NCBI GenBank assembly: GCA_028534125.1 | Contig: CM052818.1 | Coordinates: 15,006,001 to 15,070,000 of the forward strand | Direction of reading: 5' to 3' | Origin: Lama glama | Taxonomy: Eukaryota | Length of the DNA: 64,000 bases | Part shown: piece after piece, positions 36,420 to 50,423 of the stretch | Position numbering within the stretch: position 1 is the first letter of the stretch | How the letters are laid out: each line of letters opens with the position of its first letter | Notes under the pieces: generated by a model | Database searches by the model: none | Told to the model about the DNA's origin: nothing | Seen by the model: the letters and a program-made list of their open reading frames with translations, nothing else | Program-made: the position numbers and the translations under genes

Positions 36420-36989
36420 GTAACCTCTGAATTTATTATTTCATTTCCATGTAAATTGTGTGTTTTACCCTTTTAAAATGACAGTTCTGTACAGTTTTTG
36501 CTTCCTGCTTGCCTGTGATTTATGATGGTTAGTGCAGTACAGAAAAGGCAGTCTAAATGCTAATGATCATTCTGAATAAGCCCACTGCTCTAGTAGTTCT
36601 AGCAGTTTGGGGCTGCAGGGATTATCTAAGTTTTTCAAATGTTGATAACATAGTTAAGAGACCATCAGAATATCTGGGATATAAATTGATAATGAGCAAT
36701 GGCTTATTTTTTTTTTAATAGCAGCATGTTTAGAAACTGTGATAACACTTTAGTGCTTGGGCTTGCAAAATTTTGTAGGATTTTTTAAGAATCCTAGAGA
36801 TCAGTGTTTCATCTGTTTATGTTTAATGGGCTAGCTAAAGGTACAGAATAATCTGATTAACTCTTTCTTCCCATCTACCAATACTCTTAAAAAAGAGTGA
36901 GGATAAAACACAGACACAAAGCAGTAAGAAAAGCAGTATCTTCTATTTTCTTTGTTTTCTCTTATTTAAAATATGAATCTGTGCCTTAG

Positions 36990-37125
36990 GAAAATGCTGA
37001 GATCATAAAATTGCTTCTTAAAAAAGGAGCAAACAAGGAATGCCAGGATGACTTTGGAATCACACCTTTGTTTGTGGCTGCTCAGTATGGCAAGCTAGAA
37101 AGCTTGAGCATACTTATTTCATCGG
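36990..37125 (+). CDS. ASB3: ASB3 exon 5
   Basis: gccttag|GAA..; encodes [46 protein letters not shown]|gtaaga; 136 nt. Not in the ORF track. Confidence 0.97.
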
Positions 37126-38091
37126 GTAAGAATAATCCATTAGCCTCTGCGTTGTTTAAGATCATGAGTTTTAACTTTGTATCTCTCTAGGAAGAATAAT
37201 TCTTGATCAGATATAAATCAGGTTCTGAAATTTATGATTTTATATTAGAGGTAAATAAGATATATATATATATACAAGTACATTTTATAAGCCTGGTTGC
37301 TAAGTCTCTATTACCAACATAACGCAATACACAGCTACTAATTTATCTGAGTAGGACCATAATGATATATCACTCCAGCAGGTTTATTGGCAAGATGAAT
37401 GATGGGGCTGTCCTTTCCTATAGGAACCTGACCATTTCCAGCTTCCCATGGTAAAAGACTCGTACAGGCCTAATTAATTTTTTAGTTAGTTATTTTGTGT
37501 ATTAACCCTTTGAGTTGTATGTTTTGATCAATTATGTGATATTTAAGTGGGTTTATTTCAAAGCATGTTTACAGTATATGTTAATAGCAATATAAACCTG
37601 CTAAAGGTTTCTTGGTGACAACTATTACATATTCAGCATTGTCAGAGAAGGTGGTGCTGAGGTGGCATTCTTATTCTCTGTGACTTTTCTGTGACCAGAA
37701 ACATTTGGAATGCAAGGGCTTTTCAGTTCTTCCAAACACTGTGTATGTGCTAACGTGCTAATGTGACAAAACATGGATAGTCAAGGCAGATGGGAAATAG
37801 ACCAGATATGCCATCATGCAATATTTTTTTTTACTACCTAGGCTTCTCAGATATCTTCTATAATTCCTAAACTTTTAATAAATTACCTCCAAATACACAA
37901 AAGAAAGTTCATTTAGACAGCAGAGTACATATTTTCTTATTCCTACTTTCTCTTTACAAACCTTCAAATTCTTAAGTTCAAATAGGAAGCAAAAGAAACA
38001 AGTACTCATTAAGTGTTAAATTAAGATACCTGTTACAGATACTGAGTCTATAAATCTGAGCATTGAGAGAATCTCCAGAATCATTCAAGCA

Positions 38092-38112
38092 TGTGTGTGT
38101 GTGTGTGTGTGT
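38092..38112. repeat. (TG)10 microsatellite
   Basis: Directly visible in the sequence. Confidence 0.9.
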
Positions 38113-39746
38113 AATTAGAATCCCAGCCTTGAGCATTTAAGTGCCTTGCCAAAGATCTAGAAAGTATTTCCTGGCAGAATCAGAGCTTGGATCCAGGACT
38201 TCTGATTTCTCATCTTCCTTCTTTTGCGTTGTACCTTCCTGAGAACTATCCTGATACATTTATGACTTCTAGTCCCAATAGTTTGTATGTAACTAATACT
38301 TAGATTAGTAACATTTAGGTTAAATAGGTTAAACTGCACTCTAATGACTCCTCATGCTGATCCTGTCTCCTGGAACCCTAAGCACCTGTTTTGTTTTGCT
38401 TTGTTCTTTTTTTTTCCCCTCCTCCTTTCCTCTCTGAATAGTTATGAACAACAAGTTGAAAAGGTATGTAGGTACGTTTATAATGTAACTATACATGTTT
38501 CTAACTTTTTAAAATGACTTTCCTTTTAGTGAATTATCTGTCATTTTCCCAACTTTCCTACCTGTAGTCTTACAGAAACTGGTTCCTTATTCTTTCTGAT
38601 ACATTGAAATTGTCAATCAAAATAGAACATTGTTTAAAAAAGAAAGTTAAGTAGGTTTCTTTCGTCACTTAGTCTTTCCTCAGTTACTGTGTAGTGAGGC
38701 TGATAGTAGGTGAAGCGTCTACCTTGTACAAGTCAAGAAGATTCTATATATCTAGACTTGTTGAATATTCAGTTGGAATTTCTGACCGTTCCATAAACTG
38801 CAACTTACAATTGGTGTTTTGCACAGTTTTTACCCATCTCAGGGCTTTGGTTTATTCAAAGTGTATTTATGAAACATCCTCTTAAATAAAGAATAATCTT
38901 TTCTCCCTTAATGATGTTGATTTTAACACTGAGATGTATTGCAGAAATTTAAAAATTTTCATGGTAGTGTGTTAACACATACTTAACATACTTAACACTT
39001 TATTTTGTCAATGAGAAAAGTTTGGGAAATTCTGTTTTTGAAACCTTTGCAAAACTTGAGGTCACTTTAAACTTTTTCACATCTTTATACATTAGCATCT
39101 AAATAATTGATTAGATTTATGCTTAAAAAATCAGCTTAGAAACCCATTTAAATAGGCCTTTTTCTGTTTATTGTAGGCTCTGTCATGAAGAAAACTGATG
39201 TAATGAAGAGTATAGTGAACATTAGTTTTAAGGCACAGCTGCCATGTATGTCATGTCTGCTGAATGTTTTTTTTTTTTTTTACAATTCTTAGCCTGAATC
39301 TGAATCAATTAGTGCATCTATGAAGTCTCATAATATAGGCTTTTTCTTATCCTTTCAGTAATTATCAGAAATGTTATCCATATTTGATGGCTTGTGCTTT
39401 TCCTTTTTTAAATGACTGATGATTTACATGACCTCAGAGTGCTTGTTGGAGGAGGGATTGGAATGAAATGAATCCTTCATTGAGTAAGATTTTTATTTTA
39501 GCTTAAAAATGAATTCCAAAATATTAATCACTTACTTTCTTGCTAATATAAAAGCAGAACCAATTTAAATGACTACCAATAAGTTATGAAAATTAGTATG
39601 TTTCAACATCAGTATCCATCAAAGTGGAAAAACTCTTGTACTGTGAAACCCTTTTAAGGCACCTGCTTTGAAATTTATGTTAATAACCATGGTTTTGTTT
39701 GTTTTTTTGCATAAATGAGGGTTATCTGTTAAATATTTTATTTTAG

Positions 39747-39924
39747 GTGCAAATGTCAATTGTCAAGCCTTGGACAAAGCTACTCCCTTGTTCATTGCTG
39801 CTCAAGAGGGCCACACAGAATGTGTGGAGCTTTTGCTGTCCAGTGGGGCAGATCCTGATCTTTACTGTAATGAGGACAGTTGGCAGTTACCTATTCATGC
39901 AGCTGCACAGATGGGCCATACAAA
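39747..39924 (+). CDS. ASB3: ASB3 exon 6
   Basis: ttttattttag|GT..; encodes (G)[60 protein letters not shown]|gtaagt; 178 nt. The ORF track shows the wrong frame here. Confidence 0.97.
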
Positions 39925-41306
39925 GTAAGTGTTAAAGATGAAGAATAAAAGTGGACTCATAATCCAAAGGTAGTAAGGAATAGACTTCTTGGCCAGACTG
40001 TTTGCATCCAGGCATAATCTTTGATATTCCCTTCTCTACTAGTCCCCTGAGTGATTAGATCCACCCATGCATCTGTCCCCTGTGCCATCCCCGGAGATTC
40101 TTAGTCTTGCCCTTTCCTAGGGTGAGGCAAGGTAGCTCTGGGGGCTTTCTTCAGGTGTTAAGTCTTCCCTCTGACTTCTTAAGCTGTGGCCGTACTCCCC
40201 TACTTCTTTCCGTTTTTATCCCAGACATCTTTAGCTACCAATTTGACGGCTTTATTCAAATTACTTATGTTACCTCCCTGAGGCCAGAAAGTTTTTGAGT
40301 TTGTGACCCCTGTTGGAGTTGTCTTTGTCTTTCATGTGCTGTGGGTCGTCCTCCACATCTTGAACCCTTTGAACTTCTCTTTGTCTGATTTCAAATTCAG
40401 CCCAGTACTGTCTCATGCTTCTGTTACTCTTCTTTCTTAACCCAAAGTTCCTGTGAAATTTTTGGTATTTTCTGGAGAGAGAGACTTAAAGAAGGAACTC
40501 CCTGAAATTGGGGATTCCAGGGATCTTAGAAGTTATTAACCTGGTTATACTTATGAGAATATGGCAGCCTATTAATATAAATTGGCACCAGTTTTTTAAA
40601 ATATATGTTTAAAGTTTTTAGAGTCATAATACTCCAGTCATAATTTTTATAGCATTATTAGTATTACTTAAAAAGTAGTAGTGAAATGGGCTTGTCTTTA
40701 GTATGTTTACATAGTAGAAAAACAGATTCTGCACTTTTGTTACTATGCCACTAGGTGGCATGGTATTTTACTATTTTCTTAAAGATGTTTGTAATCATGT
40801 TTGTGCTTTTTTGAAGAATATAATTTTTCCACCCATTAAAAAATTGAACACATTTATTAAATGTAAGAGACACTAAATAGATGTTTTTATTTTAACAAAA
40901 TGCTTGGGTTTTAAAGTTTGATATTTTTCTTAACTTGATTATTTAATTATAAATCTTAGGTACAATTACACTCTGAGCTTTAAATTGATACCAAAACCCT
41001 CTTGGGAATTTGTCCTTATTTGTTCTCAGTTTTGAGAATCCTATTTGATGATTTCTTCCATAGTGAAATATAAGTTCTTCCTAAATATTATTATCTTAGT
41101 CTTGCCTTACCTAAGGAAAAGTAGCAAAGAGAAGGAATTTTATAGATACTTTGGAGTAGCTTTACCTTTCTTTTCCCAGAAAGAGGGGAATTTCCTGGCT
41201 TACATTATCCCTACAGTTTTATTTTTAATTTCAGGAGAGTAGATTAGTTCTTTCTCTCCAACTGAGTGTTGGAGGTAAGTTTACAAATAATCTTAAGAAC
41301 TTATGC

Positions 41307-43113
41307 TTTTTTTTAAATTTTATTTTATTGAGTTATAGTCAGTTTACAATGTTGTGTTAATTTCCAGTGTAGAGCACAATTTTTCAGTTATACGTGAACA
41401 TACATGTATTATTTTTCACATTCTCTTTCACCATGAGCTACCACAAGATCTTGCATGTATTTCTCTGTGCTATACAGTATATTCTTGTTTATCTATTCTA
41501 TATATACCTGTCAGTATCTACAGATTTCAAACTTCCAGTATGTCCCTTCCCATCCCCCTCCCTACTGGCAACTACAGGTTTGTATTCTTATGTCTATGAG
41601 TCTGTTTCTGTTTTGTATTTGTGTTCATTTGTCTTTTTCTTTTCTTTTCTTTTCTTTTCTTTTCTTTTCTTTTCTTTTCTTTTCTTTTCTTTTCTTTAGT
41701 TTCCACATATAAGCGATCTTATATGGTACTTTCCTTTTTCTTTCTTACTTGCTTCACTTAGAATGACATTCCCCAGGGACATCTATGTTGCTGCAAATGG
41801 CGTTATGTTGTCATTTTTATGGCTGAGTAGTATTCCATTGTATGAATATTACCACATCTTCTTTATCCGGTCATCTGTTGATGGACATTTAGGCTGTTTC
41901 CATGTCTTGGCTATTGTAAATACTGCTGCTATGAACATTGGGGTGCAGATGTCATTTTGAAATAGGGTTCCTTCTGGATATATGCCAGGAGCAGGATTAC
42001 TGGGTCCTATGGTAAATCTATTCCTAGTCTTTTGAGGAATCTCCATACTGTCTTCCACAGTGGCTGCACCAAACTGCATTCCCACCAGCAGTGTAGGAGG
42101 GTTCCCCTTTCTCCACAGCCTCTCCAGCGTTTATCATTTGTGGACTTTTGAATAATGGCCATTCTGATTGGTGTGAGGTGATACCTCATTGTAGTTTTGA
42201 TTTGCATTTCTCTGATAATTAGTGATATTGAGCACTTTTTCATATGCCTGTTGGTCATTCGTATGTCTTCATTGGAGAATTGTTTGTTTAGGTCTTCTGC
42301 CCATTTTTGGATTGGGTTGTTTGTTTTTTTTTTATTGAGTCGTATGAGCTGCTTATATATTCTGGAGATAAAGCCTTTGTCAGTTTCATCTTTTGCAAAA
42401 ATTTCCATTCTGTAGGTTGTCATTTTGTTTTGCTTATGGTTTTCTTTGCAGTGCAAAAGCTGGTAAGTTTAATTAGGTCCCATTTGTTTATTCTTGTTTT
42501 TATTTCTATTGCTTGTGTAGACTGCCCTAGGAGAACATTGATGAGATGTATGTGAGATAATATTTTGCCTTTGTCTTCTTCTAGGAGGTTTATTGTATCT
42601 TGTCTTATGTGTAAGTCTTTGATCTATTTTGAGTTTATTTTTGTGTATGGTATAAGGGAGTGTTCTAGCTTCATTGGTTTACATGCTGCTGTCCAGTTTT
42701 CCCAGCACCACTTGCTGAAGAGATTGTCTTTATTCCATTGTAATTCTCTTTTTTGGTAGTGTCTTTGCCTGGTTTTGGTAGTGTCTTTGCCTGGTTTTGG
42801 TATCAGGGTGATGGTGGCTTCATAAAATGAGTTTGGGAGTATTCCCTCCTTTCCAGTCTTCTGAAAGAGTTTGAGAAGGTCTGGTATGAATTCTTTGTAT
42901 GTTTGGTGGAATTCCCTGGTGAAGCTGTCCGGTCCTGGACTTTCATTTGTAGGGAGGTTTTTTTTTTTTTTATTGCTAATTCAATTTCATTTCTAGTGAT
43001 CAGTTTGTTCAAGTGGTCAGTTTCTTCTTGATTCAGTCTTGGTGGAATGTATGTTTCCAGAAACTTGCCCATCTCTTCTAGGTTATCCATTTTATTTCCA
43101 TATAGTTGTTTAT
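41307..43113 (-). mobile_element. 5'-truncated, internally deleted L1 (ORF2 fragments plus 3'UTR)
   Basis: T tail at about 41307. ORF2 remnants [14 protein letters not shown].., [59 protein letters not shown], with frameshifts. Partial TSD agaactta on both sides. Confidence 0.95.
41635..41694. repeat. (TTTTC)12 microsatellite inside the L1 3'UTR
   Basis: Perfect pentanucleotide run. Confidence 0.95.
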
Positions 43114-43768
43114 AAGAGAACTTAACGTTTTAATAAATATTTTTTTAGAACTTTCTCTACTTAGCAACCACTTTTTAAAATAAATCTGCCTCAGTACTTA
43201 AAGAGCTTATTTTATTTTCTGAGCATGGAATATTTTAGCAGAAATTCTGATTTCTTTCTGATGAAAGTACTGTTTATTTCATATCATTCACTATCTTAAA
43301 AAATTCTTACTAATTAGGGAAAAAACTTTTGGTTGGTACTTTATGGAGGAAAATAATTTATTTTCTTGGTACAAATTTATATTTAGTATAACGAAGTTTT
43401 AAATAATTTATTAGATCCTAAAATATCTGACATAAAATTTGAATTTTAGGGAGTAGGGTGGTGGTAGTAAGGTAAATAATTAGTGCAAAGATAAAAAGGA
43501 CAATATGTTACCGATTTACTTATATAAGAACATAGTTTTATCCTACTTCAAATGTGTTTAAGGACCTTTCTAATAAGCTTCAATAATAAGTATAACATCT
43601 TGGAGTATGTAGCCTGTAATAATTTTATTATAGATAGGAAGTACACCGAAGATAGGGTTTTTTAAAATATGTATCAGTGGATGACTCAAAATATGTGCTG
43701 TTAAAATGTTGTCTACACTTCTGTACATATAAAAAGCATTAAATGCTCATGAATTTGTGTACTTGCAG

Positions 43769-43966
43769 AATCTTGGACTTGCTAATACCACTTACTAACC
43801 GAACCTGTGACACTGGGCCAAACAAAGTGAGCCCTGTGTACTCAGCAGTGTTTGGAGGGCATGAAGAGTGCCTGGAAACGTTACTCCGGTGTGGCTACAG
43901 CCCTGATGCCCAGATGTGCCTCTTCTTTGGATTCAGTACTCCCATGTGTATGGCTTTCCAAAAGGA
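43769..43966 (+). CDS. ASB3: ASB3 exon 7
   Basis: acttgcag|A..; encodes (K)[67 protein letters not shown]|gtatgt; 198 nt. Confidence 0.97.
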
Positions 43967-44329
43967 GTATGTGTATTTGCTATATTTTTATTCTTTTTTG
44001 GCTTTATTGATATGTATTTCTAGGTAACTTTGTTTTGTGATAAAATTTAGTATCTCTTAGAGCTAAACTGGTAACTTAAAAAACAAACAAACAAAAAAAC
44101 AGGCAAAAAAGCCTTCTATGATGCACCATGTTTAGTCAAATTATAATAAAAGTGAGGTGATTATGTCTGATTTTTTTTCCTTCCCTCTTTGGCTCTGGAT
44201 TATATTTTTAGTGTAGGAATTTTAGGTAGTGCTTTCAAAGATATTAAAGTAAATTCAGGAATTCTCTGATATCCTTGGTCTTTAAAACAATTCAAGAATT
44301 AACGCAAACTTTAAGTTATATGTTGAGTA

Positions 44330-44560
44330 AGGCCTGAGGATTTAATATATGACATGATGACTGTAGTTTATAATGCCATATTATATAACTGAATTTTGCT
44401 AAGAGTAGAATTTAAATGCTCTCAGAAAAAAGTAAATATATAAGGTGATGAATATATTAATTAACTCAGTGGAAGAATCCTTGTACATTGTATACATATA
44501 TCAAATCACCACATTATACACACTGTAATCTTTCAGTCTTATGTCTCAATAAAGCTTGAG
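44330..44560 (+). mobile_element. Older L1MA-like 3' end
   Basis: acatgatgactgtagtttataat..ttgctaagagtaga..tatacatatatcaaatcac..tctcaataaagct. Confidence 0.75.
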
Positions 44561-44929
44561 GGGTAAAAAGATAAACAAAGAATTAAAAATGACGTTATCA
44601 GGTATGGTATAGACTGTGTTTCAAGTTGTTTACCTTTTGAAATTTATATTTATAAGAGTTGTTATGAGTCTAAAAATAAAACTTTAATTTTATATATTAT
44701 TGCCTTTTTAATGTACTTTGTATGTAGCATTTCTTTCTGTAAGTCATCCTAATTAAGTTAAAAAGCTTTCAAAATACTTGTTTTACTAATCTGCCATGAT
44801 CCTATGAGTAGAATAAATGAAGAATTATTGGTACTTTGTTAGCTTCTGGCAAATACTTGTCTATAAGACTCCTAAGGTTTTCTTTATTTAAAAAGATTTA
44901 TCTAAGAGATGATATTATTATCATCATCC

Positions 44930-45023
44930 TTTTTTTTTTTTTTTAAATGAAGGTACTGGAGATTGAACCTAGGACCCCGTGCATACTAAGCATATGCTCT
45001 ACCACTGAGTTATTCCCCACCCC
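44930..45023 (-). mobile_element. tRNA-derived SINE (short Vic-1-like)
   Basis: Poly-T followed by aggtactggagattgaacctaggacc..ctctaccactgagttat. Confidence 0.85.
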
Positions 45024-45814
45024 ACTTTAAAATAGATAGTAAGAATAAGGCTATGTGTAAGAGAAGACATACTGGGTAAAAATCTATGGTCCGTCCAACA
45101 ATGGAATAATTTGTACAGATAGTGCTATTGTTTTTAATGACACAAAAGAGTTTACAGGCATACTTCAAATTTCATTGGCTTTCCTGAATTCACCATTATG
45201 GATTGCTAACCATGATTTAATTTAAACATCTATCAAAAACTTATTTGCTAAACCTTTCAGTCTCTACCATCCCTTAATATTTGGTATATGAAATAGTAGT
45301 TCATTTTGTTTGCTCTGAATTAAGCTTCTAGGATATACCGTAGTCTGAGTATTTGGGGTTTTGGTTAATCTCAGTATCTGGGATCCATCTGCATAACTTT
45401 CATGATTTCATAGAAGCTCACTGTATACACCTCAGGTTTTGTCTTTCTACACAGAGGAGCCCTATTTTAGTTTACTTCCACTAGGGCTGTGCTGATGACT
45501 TTAGTTGTCTCAGTGTTCTCCAAATATATCTTATTTCCATTATATTTTATAATTAGGTCAGGATTTTAACATTTTTAAAATTAGAACGTAATGGTTTTGT
45601 ATGCTTGTGTGTCAGTGTGTCCAATATAACAATAATCTGTTCTGGCCTTTGTCTTGCCTTTTGGAGGAATGATATTTTTGGTTTTTCTGGTCATAGCAGC
45701 TAAGCTCATGCCTCATCATCTTATAAGTATAGTTTGAATAATACACTTTTAACCATACCAGTGACCCTTTTAGCCCCCAGACACCTTAAAATTAACGTTT
45801 TTCTGGCCTGAGGA

Positions 45815-46900
45815 ATTAGGTAAATAGAACCCTGTGGGGCAGAATGTATGAGGAAAACCTCAGAGAAGAGAGAGCTGGAGAAGGAGTTCTCTTAATTCTG
45901 TGTACAAACCTGTGTATGCCCAGAGCCCACCCAAGCTTTGGGTTAATGGGACAGACCCAAGTTGTTGAAAACAAGATTTGAACTATCATCCACATCTCCA
46001 GGCCCCTCAGTGGCACTTTCATGGGTCCAGACCCAGAACAGCATAGCAAAGGCTTGAGAACTGAACCAAGATTGGAATGACTGTGTGTAGAGGTGAAAAA
46101 GAAATTGCAGTCTGAACCTAACCTAACCTAGCAGGTGATATGCCTGCTAAAATAAACAAGCAAATTAGTATTCTTCAAAGGATTATAACAAGACACAGGA
46201 CCCAGAGTCTACACACCATTAACAATCGACAGTGTCTGGAATATAGCCTAAAATTACTTGACATCTGAGGAGCCAGTAAAATATGACCAATTTTGAAAGG
46301 AAAAGACAGTTAATAGGTATCAACCCTGAGACGATCTAGATGTTAGAAATAGCAGATAATTAAAAATAGCTATTATAATGGTGCTTAATGAGGTAAACAC
46401 ACTTGAAATAAATGAAAAGGTAGAAATTCTCAAGTGAGAAATAAAAACTAGAACCAAATGGACATTTTAAACCTGAAAAATATATCTCAAATAAAAAATT
46501 AATTACATGAGCTCCATAGCTGAATGAAATTGACAAAAGGAAGAGTTAACTGACTCTTCAAGTTAATTGACTCTTCCTTTAACTTGAAGATAGACCAATA
46601 GAAATTATCCAAACAGAAGAAAATAGAGAAAAATGATTGGGGGTGGGGGCAAGAACAGAGCCTGGGAAACCTGAGGGACAGTATCAACAGGGTTGACATT
46701 CTTGTCATTAGGATCCAGAAAAGAGAAGAAAGAGATTGGTTCAGAAAAATTTTGTGAACAAATTATGAACAAAAACTTCCCAACATTTGTTAAAGACATA
46801 AATTTATAGATTTAAGAAACTAGATAAACCTGAAATAAGATAAACCCAAAGAAAAGCAAGCTTACAAATAATCAAACTTCTGAAAACTAAAAATAAAGAA
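45815..46900 (+). mobile_element. Ancient L1 5' region with degraded ORF1
   Basis: cttgaagatagaccaatagaaattatccaaac..aaaacttcccaacattt..gataaacccaaagaaa..aatcaaacttctgaaaactaaa corresponds to ORF1 coiled-coil/RRM remnants. Confidence 0.75.
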
Positions 46901-49732
46901 GAAGCAGTATGGCTTATGGTGGTCTTTGGTCACAGACATGAGCTAACAAACTTTGTTTTTTGCTCCCCTTGGCAATTTTGTTCTATGAAGTGGCCCTCCA
47001 GAGCATAACTGAAATCTGTTTTGGTGACTTTAAAAGGGCTTGTCAGCTATTTTATTCCATGTGGGAACTTGTAACAGGACCAAATGTATTTTTAATTAGG
47101 TAGGTTTTCATGTAAAAAAAAAAAAAGTCACTGAAAAATATTATTTGTTAGTTTGTAGGGAAAAAGCCAAAATATCAGAATACCTATTTTATGAGGGTAC
47201 ATTCTCCTTGTCTTTCCAGTTGACTTTTTATTTGTTTGCCTGGGACCTGTGGCAGTAGACTTAATTTTGACACATCTTTGCCATTATTGCCTACTTTGTG
47301 GGGAATTTAACTGAAGGGGAAACATTTTCTAAGGGACTGAATCTGAAAGATGGTAGCATCAAAATCATGTATCTGTGCATTTACTGTGTGTATATATGTG
47401 TAGTACATTGCACAGTTTTTGACACGTAGTTGTAAAATATCAAGGTTAATTCTCTTCATTTTTGGAAAAGAAATTCATCTTTTGCCATTCTCCATTTATC
47501 TAGAAAACAATACCAATTAAACGTCTAATCTCTATGTTACATTTATATAAGCTAATACCTGGCCATCAGTTTGCATGTTGTCTCATTGTACATGTAATGT
47601 GAAAATCATTTGATCATTTTGGGAATCTCTATAAAGCTGATCAAGCAAGAAAACTGTCATTCCTCCAGTAGGTTTTGTTTTAGCACATCAAGAGTGTAAT
47701 ATAGTCAGTGCTAGGAAAAGAAATCAAAATTGAAAAATTTGTTAATTTTTTGTTATTTCTTTCAGTAAGTATGGATTCTCTACAACATACCTAAATTGAT
47801 TAATTTAGTTAGAATTATCATTTAAAAAGCAAGGACAATTGAATATAATTTTCACTTAAAAATAACTTTTTTGTGCTGTTTTCTCTTAATGAAATAGTTT
47901 ATGAATTTCCTATATTACATAATTATTATTAATAAGAATTTGAGTTTTGGTCAAAATAATGGTACCAGGGAACTTGGAAGACTCAGTTTTCCAAAATTAA
48001 TTTTAGATATTCAAATTGTCAGAGATTTGGTAATAGATAATTTTAGTAGTATAAGTTCTGAAATTTTATTTTAATAGCATCTTTGGGTTGTTACAATAAT
48101 GTTAGTTTGGTGTGAGACTGTTGTATAAAAGATTTAATTGACACTTACCTGACTTTAGGTGTTAATGAGGGAAAAGCTTTTGTTTTCTTAATTGTATGTT
48201 TTTTGGTATTTCTCTGAGATCTAGAAGTTTAGTATTTGTGACTTTTTTTGCATTGTTGGCCTGTTATGTTCTAGTAAACTTCTATCTGCTTTTACAAATA
48301 GTATAATTAATATCAAAAGATGATGAAAATAATGAATATAAATAATGGCTTTGGGTTTTAAGTTTCCCTTCTTTATTGTTTTATTCAGCTGACTTAACTT
48401 TTTAGCTCAGGATTAGCATTCTGAAACATTTTTGTTGGATATCCCTTGGAGAGGATAAGCTTCTATTAGAAGCAGTGACCTTTAGCTCTTCTCACCACTC
48501 CAAGGCGTGATGGAAAGGTGTCTTGTATTTTCTACCACTGTACAAAAGGATTCTTTGTCCTTTGGGGCTAAAAAATTAACAGCTTCACTGATGTGAAGCC
48601 CGTCTTTCAAGGGCATAGCTGAGTAATTCAACTCAAATGAGAAAATTTAAGAACAAGAATCCTTTAACTGGAATGGGTAAGAGAGGAGGGAAGTTGAGAA
48701 ATTTCAGGACAGTTTGAATAAATATTAATGCTTTTCATATATGACTGTAGAAGAGGTCATGGTTTAACTGGCCTGATTTTGTCTGTTTTTCTAATTGATA
48801 CTAATTGTTGTTATCCCATTAGTTTTGTAAAAAACCATTGTGTCAATTCTTGTCATCCTATCACACATGGATGCATATAACAGAATCTAATGTCTTTATT
48901 TTCAGCTGATGGCTGAAAGCCAGTCAGTAAACTTACTATGTGGCCTTTTGATAATTCAACTAATATGTTGGGTAGCTATTTTGTTGGCTAATTGAAAATA
49001 AAATGCTTAAGGTATTTGCCCATTTCTGTTTGTTTAAAAGAAACCTTGTTAACATGTTGAATTTTCTTTTACTGTGCTGCTTTTATCTGGGCACTATTTC
49101 TGTGCACATCTTTAAACTTCAAAGAGCAGAATGATGAAAAATGTACAGGCCCCCAAATAAGGTCTAGACATTGCATTTTTAGTTTTTAAACTTCTCTTCA
49201 TATCTTATGATTTTCACTGTTTGTATAATGGGCAGTCTCTTTATGTGCCACAATTAGTTCTTGATATTTATATTATATATCAGGTACTATTTCTTTTTAA
49301 TATATAGGACTTGAAGAGTTTTTTTGTTTCTCTATAAGGGCTTGGAAGAGAACTTATATTAAGTACTGAGAAATTCATTCACATGTCCATGTAATTTATA
49401 TTTTAACTGAAGATTATCAAAGCCTTATGGTCTACTGTTGCTCAATAGCATGTAATAATAATCAAGGTCATGTGGAGCACTGAAGTTGCTTGAGTTTCTG
49501 GGGCTTGTACATATATTTGAGACCTTTGTAAGAGTCTTTGCAGAAGCTCAGGGAATGCTGACAAAGTTTTATGAGCCTCCAGTTTATTGTGTGTTTACTA
49601 TTCACCATGTAAATGGTAGTTCTGTTGGAAAGGAGTTTATAATGTAGCAGTTGGCAGTTTCATAAGCCTTTTAGGAGTGTGCTTTTGTCCCTTCTAACAC
49701 AAGGCAGTATGATAATTGGACAGGTTTAGAGC

Positions 49733-50303
49733 TAGGTTTTCCAAAGTGTGTTTTGTAGAATACCCATGCTATACATTGTTAATAGATAATACACAGAATA
49801 TTAAAAATAGATACTAAAAAGGGTTCTATAGTTAATTAAATTTGGGAAACACAGGGTTAAGCAGTGGTAAGTAGGTTTCTTGCCTGGAGGACTTCTAAGA
49901 ATTTTTCTTATGGTGATGTATTTTATGAATTTCTAAGAGTGAAATGAATCTACAAAGGTTTGAAAAGGTGCAAACAATAAATATACCATTATTCCTGTGT
50001 TTACAGACTTCTGGGGCTTTTTATACTCTCTTTATTATGCTTTTTTCAGATTAACAGTTGGACCCATTGCTTTAATTCTAAAGTTAACTTCTGAAAGTTA
50101 TCTGGAGGTAGAAGAAAAACAGTTGAGCATAAAATTTGAAAATATAACTAGTATACTGTTTGAAATTAAGTTTATCTTGTATGTCTCCCTTTTCTGGACT
50201 AGTGTATACTATAAAGGGTTTTTCAAATATTTTTATTATGGAGCCTTTTTCATATAGATTATTCTCAAGGACTAGTGTTCCATGAAACATACTTTGGGAA
50301 ACA
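49733..50303. mobile_element. hAT-Charlie MITE remnant (MER103-like) with extra internal sequence
   Basis: Inverted ends tttccaaagtgtgttttgtagaatac and gtgttccatgaaacatactttgggaaa. Confidence 0.5.
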
Positions 50304-50423
50304 TAAGTCTGTCCTTGAAATAATTCTCAGTTTGTTTATTTCATGAAGTATTTGGTTTTTATAATTAGGATAGATGTTTCAGTTATTTGCTGTATCATGT
50401 TCACTGTTAGATTTTGGTTTGAT

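Noticed and set aside
41849..43090. Reverse-transcriptase-related ORFs as an active element or domesticated gene
   Set aside because: Frameshifted, 5'-truncated and missing the RT core; this is a dead L1 copy.
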